A stretch of 61,884 nucleotides of DNA, filler included, from an uncultured virus (IMG/VR IMGVR_UViG_2061766007_001639) (Duplodnaviria > Heunggongvirae > Uroviricota > Caudoviricetes). It is 10 parts of one record of this genome, joined end to end, with 100 filler letters (N's around TTAATTAATTAA, not from the genome) between each part and the next. Parts side by side here need not be neighbours in the genome. Positions count along the whole stretch, not along the records: positions 9,664 to 35,231 come from IMGVR_UViG_2061766007_001639; positions 35,332 to 41,932 come from IMGVR_UViG_2061766007_001639; positions 42,033 to 43,427 come from IMGVR_UViG_2061766007_001639; positions 43,528 to 44,685 come from IMGVR_UViG_2061766007_001639; 6 more parts are not named here. One strand, written 5' to 3'. Positions 31,405 through 44,216 of this stretch are shown one piece after another; within the stretch, counting starts at the first letter, position 1, and every line of letters begins with the position of its first letter. A program made the translations under genes and the position numbers. The notes under the pieces were generated by a model that made no database searches, was not told the DNA's origin, and saw only the letters and a list, made by a program, of their open reading frames with translations.

Positions 31405-31816
31405 ATGGCGGCNNNNNNNNNNNNNNNNNNNNNNNNNNNNNNNNNNNNNNNNNNNNNNNNNNNNNNNNNNNNNNNNNNNNNNNTCGTTCCCGGATCTGGG
31501 CGGCGAACCCGAGCGCATTGACGTGACCACCCTGTCCGACCGTGTGCGCAAGTACGTGGCCGGCGTGCAGGACCTTTCGTCTTTCAGCTTCAACGCCAAC
31601 TACATTACGGGCGACTATANNNNNNNNNNCATCTGGGTTGGCGCGACCGACACCGGATCTGGTGCCGCGACTCCCACCGGCGAGAACGGCAAGTGGAGCT
31701 GGACCGGCGACATCATGGTGTACAAGAACGGCGGCGACGNNNNNNNNNNNNNNNNNNNNNNNNNNNNNNNNNNNNTTGCGTTCCCGACCACCGAGTTTGC
31801 GTTCACCACGACCTGA
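31405..31816 (+). CDS. Major tail (tube) protein
   Basis: FPDLGGEPERIDVTTLSD, FNANY. Confidence 0.85.
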
Positions 31817-31854
31817 TCAACAATCGACTAAATTAAAACGGGAGGGTTTTCATC

Positions 31855-32194
31855 ATGGCAAAGCAGATTGCGATTACGTACAAGGGCGTCGACTACACGC
31901 TTGAATTCGACCGAAAGATTGCGAAGCGCATGGAAGAGGGCGGTTTCGTCATCGACCTGGACAAGCCGGTATCTACCATTACCGGCNNNNNNNNNNNNNN
32001 NNNNNNNNNNNNNNNNNNNNNNNNNNNNTCACAGGCGCATTCAGCCTGACCTCATTGAGGAAATCTGGGATGCGCAGAGGAACAAGGAAGGCCTGCTGAC
32101 GGCGCTCGTCACAATGTACACCGAAACCGCTTCCTCCCTGATCGATGAGGATGAGGGTGCCAGTGACGAAAACCCTACCTGGAAGACGGTGTAA
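31855..32194 (+). CDS. Tail assembly chaperone (G)
   Basis: Follows MTP; YTLEFDR...MEEGGF. Confidence 0.75.
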
Positions 32195-32611
32195 CGGAAG
32201 ACGGCGAGGCGAAAACGCCTCGGACGATGGCTGAGTTGTTCGACGAAGCCTTTCCGCATTACCTGGCGATGGGGATGACCTACGAACAGTTCTGGGAACA
32301 GGATTGTATGCTGGTTATCCCCTATCGTAAAGCGTACAAGATACGGATGGAACAGGAGAACTACTTGGCATGGCTGCNNNNNNNNNNGTGACGTTTCGCC
32401 GCTGATGCATGCCTTCGCGCCGAGAGGGACAAGAGCCGCGCCGTATTCCAGTAAGCCGTATGAGCCGGAAAAGAAGAAGACAATCGAAGAAACCAACCTG
32501 CAAAAGGAAGACAACGCCGTCAACTTCATGACGAAACTGACAGCGCAGTTCAACAAACAGTTCCGCGAGAAACAGGAAACGACAGAGGGGGCGTCTGGAG
32601 ATGGCTGCTGA
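32170..32611 (+). CDS. Tail assembly chaperone extension (GT), reached by -1 frameshift or own ATG at 32227
   Basis: FPHYLAMGMTYEQFW motif; -1 frame is open from the slippery heptamer. Confidence 0.7.
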
Positions 32612-35231
32612 AACCGCGCTTGAACTTCAAATTAGGGAAAACTCGGCGCAGGCGATCCAAGCGCTCGATTCTTTGGCGAATGCGTTGGGGCGTTTGCGCA
32701 ATGCCGTACAGCGCGGTTTGAATNNNNNNNNNNNNNNNNNNNNNNNNNNNNNNNNNNNNNNNNNNNNNNNNNNNNNNNNNNNNNNNNNNNNNNNNNNNNN
32801 ACGCCATTCCAAACGAGACTGTGCAGAGGGTTGAACGCCTTGCCGATGCCATGGAGCGCTTGAGGGCGGCAAGTCGCGGGGGAGCGATTAGGTTGCCTAG
32901 AGTCCAAGGCGGANNNNNNNNNNNNNNNNNNNNNNNNNNNNNNNNNNNNNNNNNNNNNNNNNNNNNNNNNNNNNNNNNNCGCAGCAGGCCGGAGGCGGAA
33001 CCGGACTCGCAAATGCCGCAGACCAATATGCAACTCTCAGAGACCGCGTTAATGCGGCGGCAGAGAGTTTGAGGGGTTTTGTTGGCGGTCTGCGAAATAC
33101 CGTTAGAGAAGCGAATCGTAGTTCCGGGTCGATTGGAAATCTCGTTTCGTCGTTTGGCCGTATCGCCTATTATCGTCTAATCAGGTCTGCTATTAAAGAG
33201 ATTACTGACGGATTCAAGACTGGTATTTCAAATGTACGCGAGTACAGCANNNNNNNNNNNNNNNNNNNNNNNNNNNNNNNNNNNNNNNNNNNNNGGCATT
33301 GGCTCCTGCGCTGATGTCTCTGATCCCCGTGTTGCAAACGGTCGTAAGCTGGGTCATCACGGCGGCGAATGCTCTGAACCAGTTGTTCTCGTTACTGCGC
33401 GGGCAGTCTACCTGGACAAGGGCAACCAATGCGGCGGCATNNNNNNNNNNNNNNNNNNNNNNNNNNNNNNNNNNNNNNNNNNNNNNNNNNNNNNNNNNNN
33501 NNNNNNNNNNNNNNNNNNNNNNNNNNNNNNNNNNNNNNNNNNNNNNNNNNNNNNNNNNNNNNNNNNNNNNNNNNNNNNNNNNNNNNNNNGGATCCGAAAA
33601 ATCGTTGACTGGATCAAGCAGAACTGGGAAGACATCCGAGATATTGTCACGCACATCGGTATGGCCATTGCGGCGTGGTCTGTTTCTGAAGCCCTCGGCG
33701 GCTTTCTTGGCTGGATAATTGGATGGGCGGCGGCGGGTGCAATCATTCCGATAACGTTTGAAATATCAACATTCCTCGCCAATAAATATCTTGACACTGG
33801 AAGCGTTGGATATCTGATTGCGGACGTGCTTGCACCGGCGCTCGGCGCGAATCTGGCATGGAGGGCAACGAGAAAACTGCTTGGTAGCAGCGCCGCAACC
33901 AGTGCGATACCAGGGATAGCGGTTGCGTTGACGTTTACGGTAAGCGCCGTGGCAGATCTTATCGCATTGATTGGTAAGAAAGATGTCTCCGCCTTGTCCA
34001 AGGAGTCAATCCTGCTGTCGATTGCAAGCGCGGCGAAGCTTGGAACCGGCGTAGCGTTTGCGCTGTACAGGCCGCTCGGGTTGGGTGGCGCGGTACTTGC
34101 TGGTGCGGGTGCTGCGTTGATCTGGGGAAGCGTTTCCGTTGGCATAAAGGCGATCGCAAATGTATATGACACGGGCGAGATTACGCAGGAAACAATACGG
34201 GCCGGGCTTATATCTGCCCTTGGCGTTGGCGCTGGTGTATCGCTCGTTGCGCTTGCAACTGGTGCTGCCGGTGGTGTAGCGCTTGGAGCGGGCGTTATAG
34301 GTGCAATCGCGACGGTTGGCGTATTGTATGCCGGCGTAAAAATCGCCGCATATCTAAGTACTGCTGAAAACAGGATCAGGTGGGGAGACATTGATCTTAC
34401 TCGCGACCAGATTGAGCAGTATGTGAAGGGACAGTTTTTCAACGTTGATGTACCCGTGACGGTTGGACTTGTCAACGATTCGATTACNNNNNNNNNNNNN
34501 NNNNNNNNNNNNNNNNNNNNNNNNNNNNNNNNNNNNNNNNNNNNNNNNNNNNNNNNNNNNNNNNNNNNNNNNNNNNNNNNNNNNNNNNNNNNNNNNNNNN
34601 NNNNNNNNNNNNNNNNNNNNAAGCGCCTAGGGAAATTGACATTACAACTAACGCCAACGCTTGTCGGAAGCGACGAAAAAGAACAGGCCGAATGGTATTC
34701 TTCGTATTCTACAGGGTGGAACACCGTAAATGATTACGTGCGCGGACTGGGTGAACAAATCGGTGCCATATTGGTAGAGGGAGAACGAAGCAAAATTCAG
34801 GGTTCAGCCCCAGAGGTTCTTAATGACCTGATGAATCAGCTCAATGCTGTAACGAGCGCAATATCTCGCTCAAAGATTGAATCGGCGGCATATGCGAATT
34901 ACCAGATTGGGCTGGGCGATTTGTCAAAGAAGTCATTTGATGAAGTGATGGAAGAGACGATCAAGTATCAGAAAGAACTTGGAGATGCGCTTGCAAGGAA
35001 CGCACAAGAGGCATACGTCAATCAAGGCGCTCTTGTGGCGGCGTTGTTTNNNNNNNNNNNNNNNNNNNNNNNNNNNNNNNNNNGAATACAAGACCGCTTA
35101 TGCCTCATGGGTTAAAATGGGCGAAGAACTGCCGAGCGCGGCAGAAAAAGCGCTCGAAATTTCGATGGAACCTTTCAGAGAAGCCGCAAATAAATGGATT
35201 ACAGAAAAACTCGGAGACACCACGCAAATCA
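32601..35231 (+). CDS. Tape measure protein (gap-split, truncated at linker)
   Basis: Long Ala/Gly-rich helical ORF with hydrophobic segments after the chaperones. Confidence 0.85.
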
Positions 35232-35331
35232 NNNNNNNNNNNNNNNNNNNNNNNNNNNNNNNNNNNNNNNNNNNNTTAATTAATTAANNNNNNNNNNNNN
35301 NNNNNNNNNNNNNNNNNNNNNNNNNNNNNNN

Positions 35332-37260
35332 GCAAGCGCGGCATTCCATCAGGCAATACGGCAAAACGCGCCCCAGCGTGCATTGCTCATTTTCGCAGAT
35401 GCGTTCTTCACGAACGAGGATATCAATGTCGAGCGTGGGATTGAGTTCACCGATACGTTCAACGAGGAAACGGATCTGTCCATCGGCCAGGCGCTGTCGA
35501 ATGAGATCACGTTCACCTTGTTCAACGACGACGGCCTGCTGGACGGGTTCGACTTTGGACGATTCACCGCGACGATTGGTGCCCGGATAGCGCAGACCAC
35601 CTACAAGCAGCACAACTACGTGACGGTGCAGAGCGCAAACAACACGTACTATGGCAACAAGAAGCACCCGTACCTGACCCGGAATGGGGAAACGATGAGC
35701 GTGCTGTTTCCGGTGCATAGCGTGTTCATCCTGGACGACACGGTGCATGTCTTCGGCGAGAAAGGCTACTACGCCGCATTCAGTGATTCGACCGGTGCGG
35801 CGAAGAGCATCTCCACAAACTCGTTCATGATGAACAAGGCATCGNNNNNNNNNNNNNNNNNNNNNNNNNNNNNNNNNNNNNNNNNNNNNNNNNNNNNNNC
35901 GCGGAAGATGTACGAATACCAGGGCGGCATCATCGGAGAGTATGAGTTCGTTCCGCTCGGTGTGTTCACGGCGGTCAGGCCGAACGTGGGCACCACCATC
36001 GAGATCGACTTCACTTGCAACGACCAGATGAACNNNNNNNNNNNNNNNNNNNNNNNNNNNNNNNNNNNNNNNNNNNNNNNNNNNNNNNNNNNNNNNNNNN
36101 NNNNNNNNNNNNNNNNNNNNNNNNNNNNNNNNNNNNNNNNNNNNCAACAGCAGCGCGACGATTTCGGCACAACCTGAAGCGTTCGAGAAAGCGACGTTGC
36201 GGCAGATTATCGGCTGGATTGCTGAAGCGGCGTGTGCAAACGCTCGATTCGACCGNNNNNNNNNNNNNNNNNNNNNNNNNNNNNNNNNNNNNNNNNNNNN
36301 NNNNNNNNNNNNNNNNNNNNNNNNNNNNNNNNNNNNNNNNNNNNNNNNNNNNNNNNNNNNNNNNNNNNNNNNNNNNNNNNNNNNNNNNNNNNNNNNNNNN
36401 NNNNNNNNNNNNNNNNNNNNNNNNNNNNNNCCATCACGACGCAACCTACGGACCAGACCGTAACAGCAGGCGGTACGGCAAGTTTCACCTGTGCCGCGCA
36501 GGGCGGAGACGTTGCGTTCCAATGGCAGACGAAAAGCAGTGACTGGACGGACATTTCCGGCGCGACAAGCGGAACGTANNNNNNNNNNNNNNNNNNNNNN
36601 NNNNNNGACGGAAAGCGGTTCAGATGCAAGGTGACGCTGGGGGAGAAGAAAAAGTATTCGGACGGCGTTACACTGCACGTTACGACCGGATCGTAAAAGG
36701 GGGTGGATGAATTGGCGAACGACACCGAACCGGTTGGCGGTTCCGTACAGCCGGTATATGCACGGCTGAGTCAGGCCGGCGGCTATCATCCATTTACCGC
36801 AGATACGTTTGCGGACTGGTCGGTTNNNNNNNNNNNNNNNNNNNNNNNNNNNNNNNNNNNNNACGGCGACAACTACCAAGCGCCTATTTACTCCTCCCGA
36901 ATGGTCTGGAGGGGGAAAACACCTGAGGTCAGTTTCGAGACCACCGGCAACACGGAACGGGAATCCATCACGAAACTCGCGCAAAGGCGTTATGGATCCG
37001 GTGGTGGTATCGGCGGNNNNNNNNNNNNNNNNNNNNNNNNNNNNNNNNNNNNNNNNNNNNNNNNACGCAGACAGAGGAAATGATCGAACTGGCTGCGTGG
37101 GACTTGCGGGACATGGATCATCAGTACAGCGCGGCGTTTACTGTGACCGCCCAGCAGATTTCGGCAGTTGTCGCCACGGCAGACGCGCAGGGCAGCATGC
37201 TCCGTCAGGCCGGTTTCCAACTGAACGAATACGGCATGCTCATTTACGCCGAAGACGCGA
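35332..37260 (+). CDS. Tail tip / baseplate protein(s) including an Ig-like domain (fragments)
   Basis: Position; ITTQPTDQTVTAGGTASFTC..FQWQ..RFRCKVT Ig-like pattern. Confidence 0.6.
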
Positions 37261-37288
37261 CGAACCCNNNNNNNNNNNNNNNNNNNNA

Positions 37289-39278
37289 CAGGCAGACGCC
37301 ATAGAAGCGGTTGTTGTAAAGACCGGCATTGACGACCTGAGTTCCGGAGAAACGCTGTATTCGCGCATTACGCAGACCGCCGACTCGATTACTGCTGAAG
37401 TAACTCGCGCTACCGATGCGGAAAATGCGATGTCCTCCAGGATCACGCAGACTGCTGACGCGATTACAGCAGAGGTTACAAGAGCCACGGACGCGGAAGG
37501 CGCGATGNNNNNNNNNNNNNNNNNNNNNNNNNNNNNNNNNNNNNNNNNNNNNNNNNNNNNNNNNNNNNNNAGAAGGTTCTATGTCGTCCCGCATTACGCA
37601 AAATGCCGACGCAATCACGGCAGAAGTAACGCGGGCGACTACCGAAGAAGGCTCCATGTCAACTCGGATTACGCAGAATGCGAATTCGATTTCCTCAGAG
37701 GTAACCCGCGCGACCAATGCGGAAGGGGCGCTTTCTTCCCGGATTACGCAGACTGAGAACAGTATTTCGCTGGTTGTATCGAACGGGTCCATCAACGCCG
37801 CGTCTATCGTTGCCGCCATCAACAACGGTTCCAGTTCGGTAGTCATCAACGCCGACAAGATTGATCTGAGCGGTTACGTCACGGCGACCGAGTTCAATAC
37901 CACCAAGGCCACCGTCACCAATCTGGTCACGGACGGCGCGAGAGTTGCGAATCTTTACGCGCAGAAGCTGAACGGATACACCGCGTGGATTACGGGCAGT
38001 TCGAGCGGCGGTNNNNNNNNNNNNNNNNNNNNNNNNNNNNNNNNNNNNNNNNNNGACGTTGAGGATAACGGACGACGGTTCGCAATACAACGTCCACGCG
38101 CGATACATCACCATGACGGGCGTTGCAACGAACCAAGTGGTGTTCGGACCCTCTACACAAACGATCAACCTGACCCACTCCCACTCGGTTAGCGTTGCTT
38201 CGGACGGCACGGTAACAATCGGCAACCCGCAAACTTCAGCAGGAACTTTTAATATAGCCGACACTGCGTATTTCCAGCAGCAGATGTCGGCGGCAGGACA
38301 AGTCGGCTGGGATTTGGCTTGGGGATACGTTGACCCACCGGATNNNNNNNNNNNNNNNNNACTTACGACAGAAGCGCGTCGTATCGATTTGAAGTATCTG
38401 TTGACGAGAACTATGCCTACATCAAGAATGCTGTTGGAACGACGGTGGCCCGTTGCTCAAATACGGCATCATCACTGAACGGATGGAATTTGGCATACAG
38501 CTACGTCGTCCCGCCTGATAGAAACACGACGACGGCATATTTCGACTTTGGCGTGCCGAGCGTTAGGTATGACCGGTCGGCATCGTACCGATATACGATT
38601 TCGTGCGATAACAATCTTATTTACGTAAAAGATCCCGCCAACACGATTGTAGCAGAACTTGGTAACAGCGCGTATTACGACGCATGGGACGCGGCGACAG
38701 ACCTGGTTGTATGGCCCGGATCGGGAACGTCATCCACGATGACCGTAAGCGTGCCGTCAACCATTCCGGGTCAGTCAACAAGCCAGACGTTTACGCTATC
38801 AAGGGATGACAACTACGCCTACATCAAAAACGCGCTTGGAACGACTGTGGCAAGGGTCAGTAATGGTGGCGGCGGAGGAAGTACTGCGGAGGGCTNNNNN
38901 NNNNNNNNNNNNNNNNNNNNNNNNNNNNNNNNNNNNNNNNNNNNNNNNNNNNNNNNNNNNNNNNNNNNNNNNNNNNNNNNNNNNCGCCGAGTTCGACCTA
39001 TGGCCAGCAGACAACGTACTTCTATGAAGTATCGCGTGATACTCAGTATGCCTACGTAAAGCGCAATGATGTGGTCGTTGCCAGGAGAAGCCTTAGCGTG
39101 TCAGCGTCGCAGTCCGGCGTAAAGAGTGGNNNNNNNNNNNNNNNNNNNNNNNNNNNNNNNNNNNNNNNNNNNNNTTGGTTCAACAGCCAGAACCGCATCA
39201 GGCAACGCAATGGGCATATCGATTGTGATTACAACGACGGTGGGCGGCTACAGCTACACATTCAACACACAAGTATAA
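37289..39278 (+). CDS. Tail fibre / host-specificity protein(s) with internal repeats (fragments)
   Basis: 25-aa SRITQ..ITAEVTRAT repeats, INADKIDLSG, repeated NYAYIKNA.GTTVAR. Confidence 0.7.
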
Positions 39279-39293
39279 AGGGAGGAAACCATT

Positions 39294-39653
39294 GTGACTC
39301 AGAAGCAAATCGTCGGTGCGTACAGAGCGCTGGAACACCTGTCAAAGCAGACTCTGCCAGTCAAAACGGCTTATGCCATGCACAAGATGCGAGGAAAGCT
39401 GAGGCCGTTATGGGATTTCCAGGTGGAACAGGAGCAACAGCTACTTGAGGAACTGAAACCAACTCCGGAAGGGAACGACCTGGTGTTTGCCTCTCCGGAA
39501 GACTCGAAACGGTGGCTTGATCTGCTGAAGGATTTGGCCGAAATCGAGACCGACATTAAAGTCGATCCGATTGACGTGACCATGACGGACGACATGAAGG
39601 TGTCCATGGCAGACATTGAGGCACTGGACGGATTCATCAATTTTATCGAATGA
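39294..39653 (+). CDS. Hypothetical tail-region protein
   Basis: GGAGG RBS; LPVKTAY pattern. Confidence 0.6.
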   Translation: MTQKQIVGAYRALEHLSKQTLPVKTAYAMHKMRGKLRPLWDFQVEQEQQLLEELKPTPEGNDLVFASPEDSKRWLDLLKDLAEIETDIKVDPIDVTMTDDMKVSMADIEALDGFINFIE

Positions 39654-40184
39654 CGGTTTGGGCGCACGGCANNNNNNNNNNNNNNNNNNNNNNNNNNNNN
39701 NNNNNNNNNNNNNNNNNNNNNNNNNNNNNNNNNNNNNNNNNNNNNNNNNNNNNNNNNNNNNNNNNNNNNNNNNNNNNNNNNNNNNNNNNNNNNNNNNNNN
39801 NNNNNNNNNNNNNNNNNNNNNNNNNNNNNNNNNNNNNNNNNNNNNNNNNNNNNNNNNNNNNNNNNNNNNNNNNNNNNNNNNNNNNNNNNNNNNNNNNNNN
39901 NNNNNNNNNNNNNNNNNNNNNNNNNNNNNNNNNNNNNNNNNNNNNNNNNNNNNNNNNNNNNNNNNNNNNNNNNNNNNNNNNNNNNNNNNNNNNNNNNNNN
40001 NNNNNNNNNNNNNNNNNNNNNNNNNNNNNNNNNNNNNNNNNNNNNNNNNNNNNNNNNNNNNNNNNNNNNNNNNNNNNNNNNNNCCATTATGGCGACATGC
40101 AGACGGAATACGATGACTTTACGGACCTGCGAGGGATCCATAAAGATTATGATGAGCAAATCGTAATACAACTACAGAAAGGGG

Positions 40185-40522
40185 ATGAGTGACGTGTTTA
40201 CCGTATCCGGAACAGACATAACGCTTTCGCGCGGCGATACCGGTGCCGTCGTTCTGACGGCAAGCGGGTACGACTTCGGAAGCAGTGACCGGGCGTTGTT
40301 CTCGGTTCGGAACGGGGCGGGCACCATGGTCATCCAGCGCATCTACGAAATGGAAGACAACGCGTTCACCGTCACGTTCTTCAACGCTGATACGGACACG
40401 CTGATGCCCGGCACGTACTACTGGGACGTGCGATACGTCATCAACCCGACGTATGACACAAGCGGAAACATCATCGATGGCGACCAGGTGCTCACGCCGA
40501 ATACACCCATGAATCTGAAACT
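40185..40522 (+). CDS. Baseplate upper protein-like N-terminal domain
   Basis: ITLSRGDT...PGTYYWDV. Confidence 0.6.
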
Positions 40523-41403
40523 NNNNNNNNNNNNNNNNNNNNNNNNNNNNNNNNNNNNNNNNNNNNNNNNNNNNNNNNNNNNNNNNNNNNNNNNNNNNNN
40601 NNNNNNNNNNNNNNNNNNNNNNNNNNNNNNNNNNNNNNNNNNNNNNNNNNNNNNNNNNNNNNNNNNNNNNNNNNNNNNNNNNNNNNNNNNNNNNNNNNNN
40701 NNNNNNNNNNNNNNNNNNNNNNNNNNNNNNNNNNNNNNNNNNNNNNNNNNNNNNNNNNNNNNNNNNNNNNNNNNNNNNNNNNNNNNNNNNNNNNNNNNNN
40801 NNNNGCGGCAGACGCAAAGGCCACGGGCGATCAGATCCGCTCGATCAAGCCGGCTACTGATGGTACTTCCGGACAACTTCTGAGAACGAATGGAGACGGC
40901 ACGACGCAGTGGGTCAGTCNNNNNNNNNNNNNNNNNNNNNNNNNNNNNNNNNNNNNNNNNNNNNNNNNNNNNNNNNNNNNNNNNNNNNNNNNNNNNNNNN
41001 NNNNNNNNNNNNNNNNNNNNNNGCGGAAATCGTTCCGGTATTTACGGACGATGGCGAAGGCAACATCACGATGACAGTCGGATTGGGAGAGTGATAGCAA
41101 TGCTTACCTGGAATACAACGTATAAGCCGAATTTGGCGGGCAAGGTGTACAAANNNNNNNNNNNNNNNNNNNNNNNNNATGAATGGCTCCAAGCTGCTTG
41201 AAATGGACACTGGAACGCTTTACGTTTTTGACGAAGCGAACAGCATTTGGAGGGCGTGGCAATAATGTTTGATATGATTTCATACATCCTTGGGAATAAG
41301 GACGGCCAAGGCCGTGCGACCGTGTCAAGCGATATGACATTCGTTGACGACGGCGAAGGCAACGTGAGCGTCGTTACCGAAGATGAGGAGGAGGTTGAGA
41401 ACA

Positions 41404-41932
41404 ATGGCTAATGTACCGATGAAAACGCTGAAACTTCCGGGATTGTCGGATACGTATACTTTTATTCAAAACGACGCAAATCTTACCGTATCCGGCAGGG
41501 CCGCTGACGCGAAGAAGACCGGCGATGCAATTGCTCCTGAATATAATGGCAATTCGACGTATGCCGTTGGCGAGTACGTGCGCTACAATGGCGTCGTTTA
41601 TAAGTGCAACACCGCCATCTCTACTGCCGAAGCGTGGACTGCTGCGCACTGGACGGCTACGAACGTCGCAGGCGGGATTCACGCTGACGTAGCTGAGGNN
41701 NNNNNNNNNNNNNNNNNNNNNNNNNNNNNNNNNNNNNNNNNNNNNNNNNNNNNNNNNNNNNNNNNNNNNNNNNNNNNNNNNNNNNNNNNNNNNNNNNNNN
41801 NNNNNNNNNAGCTGTTGACTACAGCAGCAAAGTGACAATTTATCCGGGAAGCAAAATCTCCGCGAAGACCGGATATACGCTGGATTACTCCATCCTGGAC
41901 GGCGACGGCAATTCCCTGCAGGGCGAACGGGG
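41404..41932 (+). CDS. Adhesin / tail-associated protein with CBM5/12-like module (fragment)
   Basis: GRAADAKKTGD; TYAVGEYVRYNGVVYKC...WTAAHW. Confidence 0.6.
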
Positions 41933-42033
41933 NNNNNNNNNNNNNNNNNNNNNNNNNNNNNNNNNNNNNNNNNNNNTTAATTAATTAANNNNNNNNNNNN
42001 NNNNNNNNNNNNNNNNNNNNNNNNNNNNNNNNT

Positions 42034-42550
42034 CAACGCCAGCGACGGGGAATACACGGGCATGATGTTCAGCCATTTTCTGCGGGCCATGAGCCGCACG
42101 GTTGACGAATGCGACGCAATTGCCAATGATTGGGCCAGCATCAAGACAAAGATCGCAAGCGCGCCTGACGAATTGACCGAGACNNNNNNNNNNNNNNNNN
42201 NNCTGCCCTATCTGGACGGGACGAACGACATGCCGGACCTTTTCGTGTTTGACCATGGGCACAACGACGTGAGGCCGAAGGGCATTGACGGAGAGAATGA
42301 TTTGTGGATCAATCCGTCCGTGCAGATGATCGCGGAAGGCATTCTCGCGCCCGACACCTACATGACGGCCAACAGCTATGCCAAGCTGAAGCTGGCGCTG
42401 AACGACGACCTTTCCGGCATCGGCGATTTGGAGAGCTTCGCGGCCAGCCTGAACCGGAACTGCTTCAGGGGCGCGATGAACTTCCTGATTACCGTCATTT
42501 TGCGCTATAACCCCTATGCGCGGATCGCGATTGTGGGGGATTACAATTAA
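42034..42550 (+). CDS. SGNH/GDSL-like domain, C-terminal fragment
   Basis: PDLFVFDHGHND; GAMNFLI...NPYARI. Confidence 0.55.
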
Positions 42551-42609
42551 AACCCATCGACGCGGGGCGGGCCAACCACCCGCCCCAGACTAAGAAAGGA
42601 GATGACACC

Positions 42610-43427
42610 ATGCCGGATTATATCATGAGTGNNNNNNNNNNNNNNNNNNNNNNGGACGTGGCGCGGAACTTCAAAACCATCTACATGTACGCCTGCTATG
42701 GCTTTCAGGTGACGGACGCGACGATTAAGTCTAAGTCCGAACAGAACCTCAACGGATGGTATACCAAAGCCAATATCGCCAAACTGAAGGCCGTTGCGAA
42801 CCAGCACCCGCCCACGTGGGGCTTCGACTGCGTGAACCTCATCAAGGGCATCTTGTGGGGCTGGTGGGGTAACCCGGAGAAGGAAAAAGGCGGCGCTGTT
42901 TATGCCTCCAACGGCATCCCGGACACCAACGCGGACGGGATGATAAAGCGGTGCTCCGGCGTGACGGACGATTTTTCGTCTATCGAGGTCGGCGAGGCCG
43001 TATGGATGCAGGGCCACATCGGCGTATACATCGGCAATGGCCTTGCGGTTGAGTGTACGCCCCGGTGGGCTGATGGGGTGCAGATTACGGCGGTGCATAA
43101 CATCGGCAAAAAAGCTGGCTACAATGGCCGGACATGNNNNNNNNNNNNNNNNNNNNNNNNNNNNNNNNNNNNNNNNNNNNNNNNNNNNNNNNNNNNATTT
43201 TGAAGCGCGGATGCACCGGCGAGGACGTGCGCGAATTGCAGAATGCCCTCATCAAACTGGGCTTTAGCTGCGGCCCGGATGGGGCCGATGGCGAGTTCGG
43301 AAAGGCCACTGAAAAGGCTTTGATTGAGTTTCAAACGATGTCTGGCATCAAACCGGACGGGAAGTTTGGTTCGCTCAGTTTGAAGGCGCTCAAAGCCGCT
43401 CTGGACAGGCTGGATGACGCCGCGCCC
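42610..43427 (+). CDS. Endolysin: NlpC/P60-like catalytic domain plus PG_binding_1 domain
   Basis: GFDCVNLIKG, GHIGVYIG; LKRGCTGEDVRELQNAL..GADGEFG..T..A..FQ. Confidence 0.85.
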
Positions 43428-43622
43428 NNNNNNNNNNNNNNNNNNNNNNNNNNNNNNNNNNNNNNNNNNNNTTAATTAATTAANNNNNNNNNNNNNNNNN
43501 NNNNNNNNNNNNNNNNNNNNNNNNNNNGAGCGAATACGTTCGACGCGACGAACTTGAGCAGATGAAGGAAGAACTGAAGACCGTAATTACCTCTGCGAAC
43601 GCTGACAGGGAGGCGCAGAAAG

Positions 43623-43949
43623 ATGGCAAACCCGCTGTTTAATCAGATTATGGGCGGCACCAAACCGAATTCCAATCCGGGTGCCGAGTCACAGCAGGCC
43701 CAACCCGGACAGGGAACAAACGGTCAGCAGATGTCTATGCAAGAGGCCATGAGTCAGTTGAGATCCAATCCTGCGCAGATTATTCGACAGGCTGGTTTCA
43801 ACGTTCCGGACGAACTGGCAAACGATCCACNNNNNNNNNNNNNNNNNNNNNNNNNNNNNNNNNNNNNNNNNNNNNNNNNNNGTCAGGTGCGTGGCCCCAT
43901 GATGCAACGGATCCAGCCCATGCTGAATATGCTGATGGGACGGAGATAA
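43623..43949 (+). CDS. Gln/Met-rich hypothetical protein of the post-lysis cassette
   Basis: GGAGG RBS; MANPLFNQ...NP...NDP. Confidence 0.7.
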   Translation: MANPLFNQIMGGTKPNSNPGAESQQAQPGQGTNGQQMSMQEAMSQLRSNPAQIIRQAGFNVPDELANDPXXXXXXXXXXXXXXXXXXQVRGPMMQRIQPMLNMLMGRR

Positions 43950-44216
43950 ATAAAAAATACGCGCCGGGTGTTGCAGCACTCGACGCGCGTACCAGGAACC
44001 ATCGCAGGAGCGCCGACGATAGCANNNNNNNNNNNNNNNNNNNNNNNNNNNNNNNNNNNNNNNNNNNNNNNNNNNNTGTCAAGTATGCAATCCGTTCGGT
44101 GCACAGAACGGTAGCAAATAAAACACATTGAAAGGAACTGGTGAACGTGACTGAAGGTATGAACACGTATATGCCCGTCATGCCGGCGTATGGCAATGGC
44201 GGCGGGNNNNNNNNNN

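Noticed and set aside
10653..35231. Pseudogene calls for helicase, terL, capsid and tape measure genes
   Set aside because: Frame changes coincide with N gaps of estimated length
25121..36984. Long minus-strand ORFs opposite portal, capsid and tail genes
   Set aside because: Antisense shadows of GC3-biased genes, with no recognisable motifs or RBS
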